Below, piece after piece: positions 19,503 through 29,175 of a stretch of 56,714 bases of DNA. The DNA is from a virus. Its lineage: Duplodnaviria; Caudoviricetes. The position numbers were made by a program, and so were the translations under genes. Under the pieces are notes generated by a model that was not told where the DNA came from, searched no databases, and saw only the letters and a program-made list of their open reading frames with translations. Each line of letters starts with the position of its first letter. The first letter of the stretch is position 1. The stretch spans positions 1 through 56,714 of IMG/VR virus record IMGVR_UViG_3300042534_000372. One strand, 5' to 3'.

Positions 19503-19766
19503 TTACCATCCATACTCAGGAAAGTATTGCTTTACTAATTTAGAGTTACCAATATTAGGGTTATACCAAATAAGCTTTTGCCTTTCATTCATACTTTCTT
19601 TTATACAATGTGGGTGTGCAGTCCATATAAAAATATACGCTCCACCTTCTTCTAATATAGCATTTACTGCCATCGTTTGGTCTTTCCAACCTTCTCTGTT
19701 CTGGAATTTTATGCGTTTATTTTTATCAAGTTGCCCTAATATTTCTGCTAGTTGTTGTATTTTCAT
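19503..19766 (-). CDS. Cassette hypothetical protein
   Basis: Its TAA stop is the core of the terminal site. Confidence 0.7.
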   Translation of the reverse strand: MKIQQLAEILGQLDKNKRIKFQNREGWKDQTMAVNAILEEGGAYIFIWTAHPHCIKESMNERQKLIWYNPNIGNSKLVKQYFPEYGW

Positions 19767-19861
19767 TCTATTAAGTTTTTAGTTTGTACGTATGGTAATA
19801 TTAAATAAATTTCATTTCGTACCTCAACAAATCTTATTCCTGCTCATTATAAAGCAGTTTG

Positions 19862-20164
19862 TTAATATACACAACCGCATTTTCTGCACTTAAAAACAAC
19901 GCCAGTGCTTCCATATTGGACTTCCTCGTAAGCATGATCACAAACCGCCGCTTCGCTCTTTATAATATCAGGTAAATTTAATGCTTCACCAGTTTTATTT
20001 TCAGCCCCACTCGCTTGCTGTAATTTTAGTTTTTGGTTCTCTTTTTTAAGCTCCCTAACTTGGTCATCTAATTTATCAATACACTCACTAACATCAAACA
20101 TGTCTTCTGGTGCTTCAAGTCCTGCTAACTTACAATTATCTATTACTCTTTGCCAATCGCTCAT
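19862..20164 (-). CDS. Cassette protein crossing a hairpin arm, C-terminal Zn-ribbon
   Basis: LNLPDIIKSEAAVCDH...CRKCGC. Confidence 0.75.
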   Translation of the reverse strand: MSDWQRVIDNCKLAGLEAPEDMFDVSECIDKLDDQVRELKKENQKLKLQQASGAENKTGEALNLPDIIKSEAAVCDHAYEEVQYGSTGVVFKCRKCGCVY

Positions 20165-20248
20165 TACTTAGTTTTTAAGGTTATTTACTATTAATTTAGC
20201 TCATAGTATTCACGCACTAAACTTACCATTATCATTACCTGCAATATT

Positions 20249-20437
20249 TTATTTTTTGCCACCGCACTTACAATTTTTCAAATTGTTTAGGAATTGTCTT
20301 AGTGGCTCTTCCCAATGCTCAGCAAGTTTTTGAGAACCATTCACTGCCTTTACAAGTGTTGTATCAGGCATTTTCAATTGTCGCTCTATACCTCTAAGGC
20401 TTAGCGAGTGTTTATTTTTTCTTAACCAGTTAATCAT
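20249..20437 (-). CDS. Small HTH protein (paralog of 48980 and 53945)
   Basis: WLRKNK..LRGIERQLKMPDTTLVKAVN. Confidence 0.75.
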   Translation of the reverse strand: MINWLRKNKHSLSLRGIERQLKMPDTTLVKAVNGSQKLAEHWEEPLRQFLNNLKNCKCGGKK

Positions 20438-20441
20438 ACTA

Positions 20442-20603
20442 TTACCAAGATTGAATCATCATTAAACAGTCGTTTCTAGCATCTCTTGCATCAACATATA
20501 ATTGTTTGTTTTCTGCGGTTTTATTGCTCATGAAAACTTTAAGTGCTTTTTTAGTTTCAATACGGTGTTGTTGAAAATCGTTTCTTAATTCTTGAAGTGT
20601 CAT
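20442..20603 (-). CDS. Cassette hypothetical protein with own promoter
   Basis: ATG at 20603; TATATTTG element near 20632-20639. Confidence 0.6.
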   Translation of the reverse strand: MTLQELRNDFQQHRIETKKALKVFMSNKTAENKQLYVDARDARNDCLMMIQSW

Positions 20604-20806
20604 AGTATTAGTTTTTTCGTTAAACAATACCCAAATATAAGGGTAATATATTTAATATCCTAATATAAAGGTAAAATAAAAAAATCCATCCCTAAAAAAT
20701 AAAACAAAGCAGGTAACACTAAATAAAATTCATTTCGTTCCTCAACGAAATCTTATTCTTGTCCATTATGGAATCATAACGCTCACTCGTGCCTCGTTCC
20801 CTCAAA

Positions 20807-20986
20807 CTAACTACATTCAAAAATTTCACAATCGTCGAAATCTATAAATCCTATGTGGTCACCTGGTAAATTAACCTCATATTTACTAGAGTGGGGATCG
20901 CCATCATTAATTGGAGTAAAGATTTCTCCTATTCGATCATTGTACCACCAATTATCATTACTGCATTTTGTTATTTTAACTTTCAT
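20807..20986 (-). CDS. Cassette hypothetical protein (MKVKITKCSNDNWWYNDRIGE...)
   Basis: 59-aa ORF read manually. Confidence 0.65.
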   Translation of the reverse strand: MKVKITKCSNDNWWYNDRIGEIFTPINDGDPHSSKYEVNLPGDHIGFIDFDDCEIFECS

Positions 20987-21276
20987 ATCAAATAAATTTT
21001 TAAATTCCCGTTAGTATTATGATCTTCAATGTTGTTTGGCTTTCAACACACGAAAATCTTGACAATGTGAGCGTAACGCTCCTCAATAAACAGTTAAACT
21101 TCATTCAGCCTCTATATTGATCGTTCCTCACAATGAGGCTTTACGAAGCTTAGCCAAACAACATTATGGAATCATTAAAACGAAAAGCTAACATGCAATA
21201 AAAAACATGCTTACTTTTCGTTCTCGTATCAGCTTTAGTGGGTTATCGGGCAATTTTAAATAAAAGCCCACGCACA

Positions 21277-21513
21277 CTATAATAGCATCTTTTCCATCTC
21301 ATTTCTAAACGCCTGAGCATTTGGTTGCCCATACTTATTCATTGCAATTACAGCCTTTTCTTCCTCTTCAAATCCGAGTTTTATTTGTGCTGTAATGCCA
21401 TCTAAATCAGTCCTAATTGCAACTTCATACTTATCATCTTCATCGTTGTATTCAATTGTCAATAAAACTTGTTCGTCATTCTCAATTTCGATTAATCTTG
21501 CAAATTTTGCCAT
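21277..21513 (-). CDS. Hypothetical protein wholly inside a hairpin loop
   Basis: Lies between arms 21564-21593 and 21186-21210. Confidence 0.75.
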   Translation of the reverse strand: MAKFARLIEIENDEQVLLTIEYNDEDDKYEVAIRTDLDGITAQIKLGFEEEEKAVIAMNKYGQPNAQAFRNEMEKMLL

Positions 21514-21598
21514 CGCTTTTTTATTTAAAATTAGTACTCGTATTTAGTTTTGTGCGTTATTTCGCACGTTTCTTATTGCTGTCCATTACAAACAACCT

Positions 21599-21913
21599 CT
21601 AGCCACTAATGCCGCTCAGTTTGTCTGTCATTTCTTTTTGCATTTTGTCCTTCAGTACATTTTTGAAAGTTTCGGCTGTGCATCCGTACATCGGGCAGGT
21701 TTTTAGCTTAGCTGTATCAATCATACATTTACCTCTACTAAAAAAGTCACTACTTTGGTCGTCTGGGTCTGCTATAACCCTGCCCTTGCAAGCTAAATCA
21801 TTCAAGGTGCAAATGCAAAAAGAGGTAGCATCTCCACTTAAATGGTATTCGTAGTTCTCGTTTGTCAGTGCGGGGCAAGTCGCTCCCTTTTGTGGTGTAA
21901 TTAAAGTTTTCAT
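21599..21913 (-). CDS. Cys-rich cassette protein
   Basis: ORF track. Confidence 0.7.
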   Translation of the reverse strand: MKTLITPQKGATCPALTNENYEYHLSGDATSFCICTLNDLACKGRVIADPDDQSSDFFSRGKCMIDTAKLKTCPMYGCTAETFKNVLKDKMQKEMTDKLSGISG

Positions 21914-22062
21914 ATTCTATTTATCTTTTAGTTTATATTTAAAAATCGGCAGTTTGTAACACTAAATATATGTAAGCTTCGTTCCTCAGCCTCCACATAT
22001 TCATCACATTAGGTGCAATTTAATATTTAATAATTGCCACCGCACTATTAGTTTTTTCAAAA

Positions 22063-22944
22063 CTATTTATGTCTGTTCATCCAATCTTGCACGTACCACA
22101 ATTGCCCACAACCTCCACCAATATCATCCTGTCCAACAGGGTCGAAAACTCTAACATTATATCCACACTCTAAAAAACTAGCTGAAATTTCGTTAATTCT
22201 GTCAAGTTCTTTATATCCTTTATCTTTCATGTTTTCATCAGCAGAGCAAATAACACTGAATGTTAGGTTGAAAACAGCAGGGCTAAACAGGTCTTTTAGG
22301 CGGTTCATTTCATCATCGCTTTGGTTGTGCTCTCCAATGCAGTAATTAATGTAAACAGGTCGCTTGGTTAGCTTATTCCACTCAATGCCAGTATCACGCA
22401 TCTCACGCAATGTAAGCTTGTTTTTAAATGGTATTAAAGCATCTCTTTTTATTTCGATTGCCTCGTGTACACTAAATTGCAATCCTACCTTGTCAATGTC
22501 GTTACTTACTTCAAATAATCTTTCAAATGCTTTGGGTTTTTTAGCTGCCATTGTACTAAGTAACAGTTCTGCATTTGGGTAAAGGTTATTTAAGTCTCTA
22601 ATTGCTTTTTCTACATTTTCAAAATTAAGCATCGGCTCACCCATACTCATAAACATTATTTGGAAGCGTTCACCAACAGCATTAATGTTTTCAATATTCA
22701 TGTCTCTTAAGCAATGTTTTACTTGGTCAACTATTTCACGACTCGTAAGGTTTCTAATAAACATCTTACCAGTTCCGCAAAACTTACAACCCACAGGACA
22801 TCCGCTTTGTACACTTACACACAATACTGTTCGTTTGTAAAAATCCTCGTATCTGTAAAGCACAGCTTCTGCAACTGCATTTTCAAAATCAAATACATAC
22901 TTCCAAACATTGTTATCTGAACTATCAAATCTTTTCGTTTCCAT
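22063..22944 (-). CDS. RlmN/Cfr-like radical SAM protein lacking the N-terminal domain
   Basis: CVSVQSGCPVGCKFC (CxxxCxxC), MSMGEP, DIGGGCGQL. Confidence 0.9.
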   Translation of the reverse strand: METKRFDSSDNNVWKYVFDFENAVAEAVLYRYEDFYKRTVLCVSVQSGCPVGCKFCGTGKMFIRNLTSREIVDQVKHCLRDMNIENINAVGERFQIMFMSMGEPMLNFENVEKAIRDLNNLYPNAELLLSTMAAKKPKAFERLFEVSNDIDKVGLQFSVHEAIEIKRDALIPFKNKLTLREMRDTGIEWNKLTKRPVYINYCIGEHNQSDDEMNRLKDLFSPAVFNLTFSVICSADENMKDKGYKELDRINEISASFLECGYNVRVFDPVGQDDIGGGCGQLWYVQDWMNRHK

Positions 22945-23042
22945 AATTTAAAAAATAAAATTTGCCTACGCTTCGCTTTTTAATTAGCTATATTAATATT
23001 GTTTTGTTCTAAATTGTCACCACTCACCTAACATTCGATCCA

Positions 23043-23393
23043 TTAGCGGTCATTATAATCATGTATAAATTCGCTAAAATCTGGTGTAGGGTTACTTACT
23101 AAATGCCCTGCCATTGTTATTTTTGATTGTTTACTATAATGTTCACATGAACGCTCATAGATTGCACCCGCTTTAAATGATTCTCTCATATCTAATTCAG
23201 AGAAACGACCGCTAACAAGCGGTATATTGCAGTTGCTATCGCTTTTTTCAACACCGTTCGCTTGCTTCGTCTGTTCTTCAAGGTAAGCTAATCTTTTTAA
23301 CCTTCGTAAAACATCTTCCTCAAACATTGTATGTCCGTTTTCAATAAATTTCTTTTGCTCGTATCCAGTTACTTTCTTGTATTCGTATTTCAT
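23043..23393 (-). CDS. Cassette protein crossing a hairpin arm
   Basis: CNIPLVSGRF...NDR*. Confidence 0.75.
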   Translation of the reverse strand: MKYEYKKVTGYEQKKFIENGHTMFEEDVLRRLKRLAYLEEQTKQANGVEKSDSNCNIPLVSGRFSELDMRESFKAGAIYERSCEHYSKQSKITMAGHLVSNPTPDFSEFIHDYNDR

Positions 23394-23791
23394 AATCGCT
23401 CACTATTTAAGTTATTCAACATTTATTCATTTAATCAAAGTCGGTGGGTATTTGAACGGCAACCGACAACATACCGCAAGCCGATTATAAACAAATAAAA
23501 TTATCTACGTTTATTTCTCTTTTTCCGCTTTAATTTATTTTTTAAACATATAGCATTGTGTTTGCTTGTATTTCTTCCTGTAGTTATTTCTGTACCAAAC
23601 ACCTTAAAGCTTTCTATTAAATCATATTGTAAGCTTGAATGCTCGTTTCCTATTGGGTTCATAATTTTCTCAATTTATAATATAAATGTAAAAATCATAT
23701 TTAAGTACACTTATATAGTTGATTAATAATATTTTATATTTTGGTCACCTTATCAGTGAGGTGACCAAATACGATTCTTACATTCGATCCA

Positions 23792-24001
23792 TTATAAATC
23801 AACAATCTCAATACCTTTCCCTATTAATTTCAAAAACTTCTCAATCCATAATAACTTGTTTTGCAAAGCTGTTAACTTTTGTGGAACATCACAAGGCTCA
23901 CAATCTAATACTACCGATTGATCTACACGCTTCGGATATTCTGCTTTTAATTTATCGTAAATCTTTTGAACGGGTTCTATGTATCCTTTAGGCTTCCTCA
24001 T
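23792..24001 (-). CDS. Hypothetical protein
   Basis: ORF track. Confidence 0.5.
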   Translation of the reverse strand: MRKPKGYIEPVQKIYDKLKAEYPKRVDQSVVLDCEPCDVPQKLTALQNKLLWIEKFLKLIGKGIEIVDL

Positions 24002-24179
24002 TTGATAAGTATTTTTTTAAGTTAGTATAATAATTTAATTTGTTTTCGTATCTGGTTTTAACTTCGAAATTATACGTAATTAGTTGTAATATTTCAGAAT
24101 AGAAGTTGATGTTTTCTATTGCGCTTCTAAACGCTGCTTTTAAAGATCCGTATTTTAGTATTATTTGTTTTTGGTTCAT
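23988..24179 (-). CDS. Hypothetical protein
   Basis: ORF track. Confidence 0.5.
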   Translation of the reverse strand: MNQKQIILKYGSLKAAFRSAIENINFYSEILQLITYNFEVKTRYENKLNYYTNLKKYLSNEEA

Positions 24180-24214
24180 GATATTCGGTTTATGGGGCAG
24201 AAGCCCCTGATTGA

Positions 24215-24469
24215 TTATTTATTTTTATAAAAATCATCTTTCGCTTTTTCGGCATCATTAAGTGTAGAGTGAAAAATTTGAACTAGATTATTAAAGTTAC
24301 CATCTTTTCTATTTGGCTTATGCATATTCCCAAATTCACAATCGCTTACTATTTTTAACTGCTTTAATCCGCAACTCTTTACAATTTCTTTAGTAATATT
24401 TATTATTTCACCTTTATGTAATTCAATTTTAAAAATCTGTTGTCCTTTTGAAAATCTTGGTTTGGTCAT
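24215..24469 (-). CDS. Hypothetical protein
   Basis: ORF with upstream promoter-like TTACTTTG. Confidence 0.6.
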   Translation of the reverse strand: MTKPRFSKGQQIFKIELHKGEIINITKEIVKSCGLKQLKIVSDCEFGNMHKPNRKDGNFNNLVQIFHSTLNDAEKAKDDFYKNK

Positions 24470-24653
24470 GATATTTATTTTTAAGTGTTATTATCCTTAT
24501 TTGTTACACCAAAGTAAGGTATAAAAAACTTCACTTCCTAATTATTTCAAGTTTATTTTACTTTTATTTTCGATTAAGCACAAAAAAGAAGCGGTAACCA
24601 GCCGCTTCAATCACTTAAACCTAATAAAAAAACTAAACCAAATACACAAAGTA

Positions 24654-24887
24654 CTATTCTTTTTTTGGATCTTTTACAAACAAGTGAAGTACTCCACCAA
24701 TTGCCCCAAATAATACGGTTAAGAATGCGATAAGATCACCACCAGAAGCATCGATAATTTGAGCAATAGCCTCATTAATCCCTGCGCTCTGATCAGCTGT
24801 AACCACATTAAAACTAACAAGACCGAAAAGTATAATTGTAACTACTCCGATTAATGAAGTTTTCCATTCTTTTAAATTTTTAAACAT
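24654..24887 (-). CDS. Probable holin
   Basis: WKTSLIG motif, two TM segments, charged tail, next to the endolysin. Confidence 0.7.
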   Translation of the reverse strand: MFKNLKEWKTSLIGVVTIILFGLVSFNVVTADQSAGINEAIAQIIDASGGDLIAFLTVLFGAIGGVLHLFVKDPKKE

Positions 24888-24935
24888 ATTGCGTTTTTTT
24901 TGATTAGTACTAATTCAAGTTACTAAATTAAAGAT

Positions 24936-25184
24936 TTATTTCAACTTTCGCAAATCTCTTTTTAATTGGCGTTCTCTTTTACGCTCATCCTTTCTCATTT
25001 GCCTTGCCGCCTGTCTTGATCTTATAACAAACGGACTCTTTGTTTTTATCTTTCGATTGTCTTTAATCTTAGGATCATTAACCTGATCACCTTGAACGTT
25101 TACGATATCAGGATCTTTGAACTTTATATAAATCAACAAGGCGGTTAATACTCCTGATAAAAATAAGGTGATTGATTTCCACAT
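24936..25184 (-). CDS. Membrane-anchored basic protein, possible lysis accessory
   Basis: N-terminal TM segment within the lysis cluster. Confidence 0.45.
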   Translation of the reverse strand: MWKSITLFLSGVLTALLIYIKFKDPDIVNVQGDQVNDPKIKDNRKIKTKSPFVIRSRQAARQMRKDERKRERQLKRDLRKLK

Positions 25185-25185
25185 A

Positions 25186-25491
25186 CTAAAGTGTTTTAGG
25201 TTGAAATTCTATGTGAAAATGATCTTTTTCAAGCACAACATCAAACTCACTCCCTAACGCTCCAATTAACTCAAGGTTAATAATAGCCAATTCAGAGGAA
25301 TTAAACATTCTAATTCTAGCGTCGATTGCAAGGCCAACATAATGAAGCGACCCTATTTTATGTTTTCCACCAGTACCCTCAGTAATAACTAATTCACCAC
25401 CGTGCTTTTGCATTATTTGATCTGTAATAATACAAGCAATAACCATTTCAGGACTTAACCCTCTAATTTGTGCACCTTCTTTAATTTTCAT
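25186..25491 (-). CDS. Endolysin, peptidase M15 family
   Basis: SLHYVGLAID and HFHIE Zn-binding motifs. Confidence 0.85.
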   Translation of the reverse strand: MKIKEGAQIRGLSPEMVIACIITDQIMQKHGGELVITEGTGGKHKIGSLHYVGLAIDARIRMFNSSELAIINLELIGALGSEFDVVLEKDHFHIEFQPKTL

Positions 25492-25494
25492 GAT

Positions 25495-25749
25495 CTAATT
25501 ATTAAATGAAATTTGATTTGTGTCTATAAACATATTTATTTTTCTAATTCCGACTAATACCGTAGCGTGATCGGTTCCGAATAACCTACCGATACTTTGA
25601 TAGGTTAATTCTCCTTTTTCCCGGAGAAGTTTCCAAGCGTGCCATCGGCCGCAAACAATGTCTCTCTGTCTGTTTTTAGAGATTATATCTTCGTATGATA
25701 TGCCCGTAATTTCAATCGATTCTGTTATTAGTTCTGAGATTTGTTTCAT
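25495..25749 (-). CDS. DnaA C-terminal-like HTH protein
   Basis: SKNRQRDIV..R...IGRLFGTDHATVL. Confidence 0.8.
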   Translation of the reverse strand: MKQISELITESIEITGISYEDIISKNRQRDIVCGRWHAWKLLREKGELTYQSIGRLFGTDHATVLVGIRKINMFIDTNQISFNN

Positions 25750-25752
25750 ATT

Positions 25753-26460
25753 TTAGAATAATGTTTTTTGCATTTGGTGAATTCTTAATCTTAACATTGC
25801 TGCATCAAAATAATCCTTATCCAATTCGCATGCTGTAAGATCGAATTTAAGGTTATGACAGGCGATAGCGATTGAACCACTACCAAGATGCGTATCAAGT
25901 ATTTTGTCGCCTTCTTTGGCGTAGTTTATTAAAAGCCATTCGTAGAGCTTTACAGGTTTTTGGGTTGGGTGGATACGCTTCTCATTCTTAGATTTATTGC
26001 CTTGCTGAATTAATGCTTTGTGTGCATTCTTTGTGATAGATAAACCTTGAAACATTCCACGCCACATGTAGCGGACTATATCAGTTCTTTTATTGAGTGA
26101 GTTGTAAGCTATTTCGCAATCAAACTGATCGCTACTATCATTTAACTTATCCCAAATAATCCTCCCACCTGTAAGATTATAGTCGTAATAATTCACGCCC
26201 CAAATAATTTGATTTTTAGAAACTCTTTTAAGCTCATCAAAATATCTCGAGTCTGCAGGTTTTGAATCCCAATTCTTATGAGTGTAATTTGGCGATTTCA
26301 CGTTTAACACAGTACCGTTAGATTGCTTACATTTATTAGGTTTTCTGCTTGGCTTATCTGCACCTATCCCATATTCAGGATCTACAATAGCCAATTCAAA
26401 ATAATTATCTGGATAACGCTTCATTAATTCCATATTATCTTCATTACTTATCTGAATCAT
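25753..26460 (-). CDS. DNA N6-adenine/N4-cytosine methyltransferase
   Basis: IVDPEY, HPTQKP, ILDTHLGSGS motifs. Confidence 0.9.
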   Translation of the reverse strand: MIQISNEDNMELMKRYPDNYFELAIVDPEYGIGADKPSRKPNKCKQSNGTVLNVKSPNYTHKNWDSKPADSRYFDELKRVSKNQIIWGVNYYDYNLTGGRIIWDKLNDSSDQFDCEIAYNSLNKRTDIVRYMWRGMFQGLSITKNAHKALIQQGNKSKNEKRIHPTQKPVKLYEWLLINYAKEGDKILDTHLGSGSIAIACHNLKFDLTACELDKDYFDAAMLRLRIHQMQKTLF

Positions 26461-26723
26461 CGTACATTCATTTTTAATTTATTCATTCTATCAATTGTCG
26501 CAAGTCTCTTTTTATGGATGCGAATTCCATAAAACACGTTTGATTTATTGACTTCAAAAAGTTCGGCAATCGAGGTACATTTAAAGCCTTGAATCCTGAG
26601 TGCGTAAAATATCTGATACCTTTCAGCAATTTCGGACTCAATTCTATTTTGTTCTTTTAACCTTTCAAATGTATCTTCGCCAAATTTGCAAAGTTTTAAT
26701 GTTGCTTCTTTTAGGTTTTTCAT
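26457..26723 (-). CDS. HTH protein (DnaA_C-like)
   Basis: SIAELFEVNKSNVFYGI. Confidence 0.55.
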   Translation of the reverse strand: MKNLKEATLKLCKFGEDTFERLKEQNRIESEIAERYQIFYALRIQGFKCTSIAELFEVNKSNVFYGIRIHKKRLATIDRMNKLKMNVR

Positions 26724-26733
26724 GTTGTTTGTG

Positions 26734-27375
26734 TTAAAATAATGATGGTAATTCTTGATTACTCCTGGTTATTATTCCTAATGCTGTGTCAAGTATTGTT
26801 TTCCCTGCTTCGTAATCTACTAGGTTTCTTGCAATTTTTTCAACTCTCTGAACTCCTTTGTATTTTGTAAAGTCATAATCGTGAAACTCGCAAAGGCTTT
26901 TGACATTATCTTTAATAAATGCATTTCCATCCCTTGAACTTAGGATATTAGGCAAGTTGAAGTTTGTCCAGTATAAATGTCTACCTCTTTTCTTTGCCTG
27001 GATTAAAGGCTCGTAATATGGGATTACATTTTCAACTGTGTATTTCCCATCGAAATAGCTTTGTAAAAAGATAATCTCTTCATACAATCTCATATCTGGG
27101 TAAATTGGCTTTGTCGCTCTTTCTCCATTTTTACATCCCCAATATCTAGCCCTTGAATGAGAAGGACAAGGTGGTGAAGTCCAGATAAAATCAAATTCTT
27201 TGTAATGATCTAAAAGGTATTGATGAGCATCTGCTACAATTACGGTATCATTTGGGAATCTTTCTTGATACAATCTTGCTAATTCAGTATCTAATTCTAC
27301 GGCTGTGATTTCGTGCTCATCTCCCCACTTATAGCGATTTCCACCAAGGCAAGCGTATAGGTTTAGTATTTTCAT
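26734..27375 (-). CDS. DNA cytosine-C5 methyltransferase (short form)
   Basis: ILNLYACLGG, SPPCPSHS, ENV motifs. Confidence 0.85.
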   Translation of the reverse strand: MKILNLYACLGGNRYKWGDEHEITAVELDTELARLYQERFPNDTVIVADAHQYLLDHYKEFDFIWTSPPCPSHSRARYWGCKNGERATKPIYPDMRLYEEIIFLQSYFDGKYTVENVIPYYEPLIQAKKRGRHLYWTNFNLPNILSSRDGNAFIKDNVKSLCEFHDYDFTKYKGVQRVEKIARNLVDYEAGKTILDTALGIITRSNQELPSLF

Positions 27376-27590
27376 ATTCTTTTAATTTTTACCTGGCAAT
27401 TTCTCACCTCTGCATAGGTTCTTTTATAATAATTCGATTTCAATATTTTTAACACCGTTGATTTCTCTAAGTTATACTCGCGTACAATTAACCGAAAAGC
27501 CTGTTCTAAGCTCTTCTTATCAACTAGAATATAATTTACATACATTCGTATCAGTTGTTGATTTCGGGTGATTGTGGCGAGTGTTTTCAT
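27372..27590 (-). CDS. Hypothetical protein
   Basis: ORF track. Confidence 0.55.
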   Translation of the reverse strand: MKTLATITRNQQLIRMYVNYILVDKKSLEQAFRLIVREYNLEKSTVLKILKSNYYKRTYAEVRNCQVKIKRI

Positions 27591-27625
27591 GGTGTCCGAT
27601 TTAGTACATTACACTTGAATAGTCA

Positions 27626-27877
27626 TTAAGCGTAAACCTCAAACTTTAGATAAATATCATCATAAAAAGGGAGATAAATACTACCATAAAATGATGCCTC
27701 GTCATATCCGTCTGTTTTTGTGTCGTTAAATTCATGAGTAAAACAACCATCTTCGTATGCTTCCTTTGTTGCTTTTTCTGGAATTTCTGTTTTGTTTACG
27801 AACCCACACAGCCATACTTGGGAGCAATCCTCTTTTAAAAATACAAATCCTTTTTTTATTATATCAATTTTGTCCAT
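27626..27877 (-). CDS. Hypothetical protein
   Basis: ORF track. Confidence 0.6.
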   Translation of the reverse strand: MDKIDIIKKGFVFLKEDCSQVWLCGFVNKTEIPEKATKEAYEDGCFTHEFNDTKTDGYDEASFYGSIYLPFYDDIYLKFEVYA

Positions 27878-27922
27878 GGTTCAGTTTTTTATTTAAAATT
27901 AACATTCAAAAATCAATTACTA

Positions 27923-28294
27923 CTATTTTTTAGTGTGTTGTACAGCAGGTTTTATGATTCCACAGTACTCACAAACAGTGTTTCCGGTGTATTCCATTTC
28001 TCCGCAATCCTGAAACCAAGCTCCGCACATTTCCTCGTCAATCCATTTGTGATTATCAAAAATACAATTCTTCCAAATCTTTTTTAATGTTTCTTTATCG
28101 TGCGTAAATACCTGACCTACGCAGTGTTCTGAATGTTCTTTAAATCCTAAATATTCAATTCCATCTTGATAATCAAATTCCTTATCGTAAGTAGGAACTC
28201 TTAATTTTATATCAACATACTTTTGTCCTTTGCGAATTACGCCTTTACACATTGAGCAGGGGTGTTCTTTTCTTGCTTTCCTTGTTGTATCCAT
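27923..28294 (-). CDS. Zn-finger hypothetical protein
   Basis: RKARKEHPCSMCKGVIRKGQKY. Confidence 0.7.
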   Translation of the reverse strand: MDTTRKARKEHPCSMCKGVIRKGQKYVDIKLRVPTYDKEFDYQDGIEYLGFKEHSEHCVGQVFTHDKETLKKIWKNCIFDNHKWIDEEMCGAWFQDCGEMEYTGNTVCEYCGIIKPAVQHTKK

Positions 28295-28313
28295 TTTTAT
28301 TTTCTCCTATTAT

Positions 28314-28538
28314 TTAATTTACACCGTGGTATTTCTTCACAAACTTTTCGGGGTTATTATAGTATGTCACAGCCGTTTTAATGTCTTTTGCGGTTCGTTC
28401 GTTACTTGACTTGTTAGTCCATATCTTAAAGACTCCATCGTCTTTAGAAATGTATTTTGTTACATCATCCTCTTTGTGACAAAACAGAATACAATTATCT
28501 TTTGCATTTTTAATTTGTGTTTTGTTGATTTTTTTCAT
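28314..28538 (-). CDS. Hypothetical protein
   Basis: ORF track. Confidence 0.55.
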   Translation of the reverse strand: MKKINKTQIKNAKDNCILFCHKEDDVTKYISKDDGVFKIWTNKSSNERTAKDIKTAVTYYNNPEKFVKKYHGVN

Positions 28539-28540
28539 GG

Positions 28541-29173
28541 TTATTTCCTCCTTGAATTTCCTTTAATTGGCATTATATTAAACATTTCCTTTATCCGATC
28601 CCTCACCCTGTCTCCGTAGCGTTCCTCCATCTGAGAAGGTTTAAGATTTGTTGTGATAAACATCAAGAATCTACGGTCTAAATATCTGCGGTTAAAGATT
28701 TCGTAAATTGGAGCCTCTTTTGTTCCGTAGTTATTTATTTCAACCTGCTCTGTTCCTAAATCATCAATGAATAATGGAGAAACGAACAAACGATCTTTAC
28801 CATCTTTCGATTTGAATATCTCAACAATCTCAATCGCTGAATATGAAGCTACTATCTTGTTTGCATACTTCATAAACTCAACAAATATTTTCAATGTTAA
28901 AGTTTTCCCGCATCCAATTTCACCGGATAGCAATAAACCCTTTTGCAAATCACCATTGAAAGTTGGATCCATTAAGCACCATTTCAAAATCTGCGTGATT
29001 GGCTCCTTTAAGCTCTCATCAACTTTATATTTTCCGTTCGTTAGTCTATTACCGATCGAAAACCAAACACGCTTAGCATCGCTTAAATCTATTTTAGCGA
29101 AAAAAGACTTCCTAATATTTGATGAACTACTAAGCAAATCTCTTTCATGTTGAATTATTTCGTCAATCTTCAT
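28541..29173 (-). CDS. DnaC/IstB-like AAA+ helicase loader
   Basis: GEIGCGKT, FIDDLG, ITTNL, YGDRVRDRI motifs. Confidence 0.9.
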   Translation of the reverse strand: MKIDEIIQHERDLLSSSSNIRKSFFAKIDLSDAKRVWFSIGNRLTNGKYKVDESLKEPITQILKWCLMDPTFNGDLQKGLLLSGEIGCGKTLTLKIFVEFMKYANKIVASYSAIEIVEIFKSKDGKDRLFVSPLFIDDLGTEQVEINNYGTKEAPIYEIFNRRYLDRRFLMFITTNLKPSQMEERYGDRVRDRIKEMFNIMPIKGNSRRK

Positions 29174-29175
29174 AT

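Larger units (their letters stand above)
19464..23495 (-). mobile_element. Array A of attC-like hairpin cassettes (8 sites)
   Basis: Sites at about 23207-23495, 23021-23051 (collapsed), 21952-22016, 21186-21593, 21023-21170 (atypical), 20709-20770, 19958-20242, 19789-19854; terminal half site 19464-19505. Confidence 0.82.

Noticed and set aside
19789-22016. Recurrent TGAGGAACGA-type motifs as a CRISPR array
   Set aside because: Spacing is irregular and gene-sized, the repeats are not identical, and no cas genes are present; they are hairpin loops.
22063-22944. Naming the radical SAM gene cfr or rlmN
   Set aside because: It lacks the N-terminal domain and is too divergent to assign without phylogeny.
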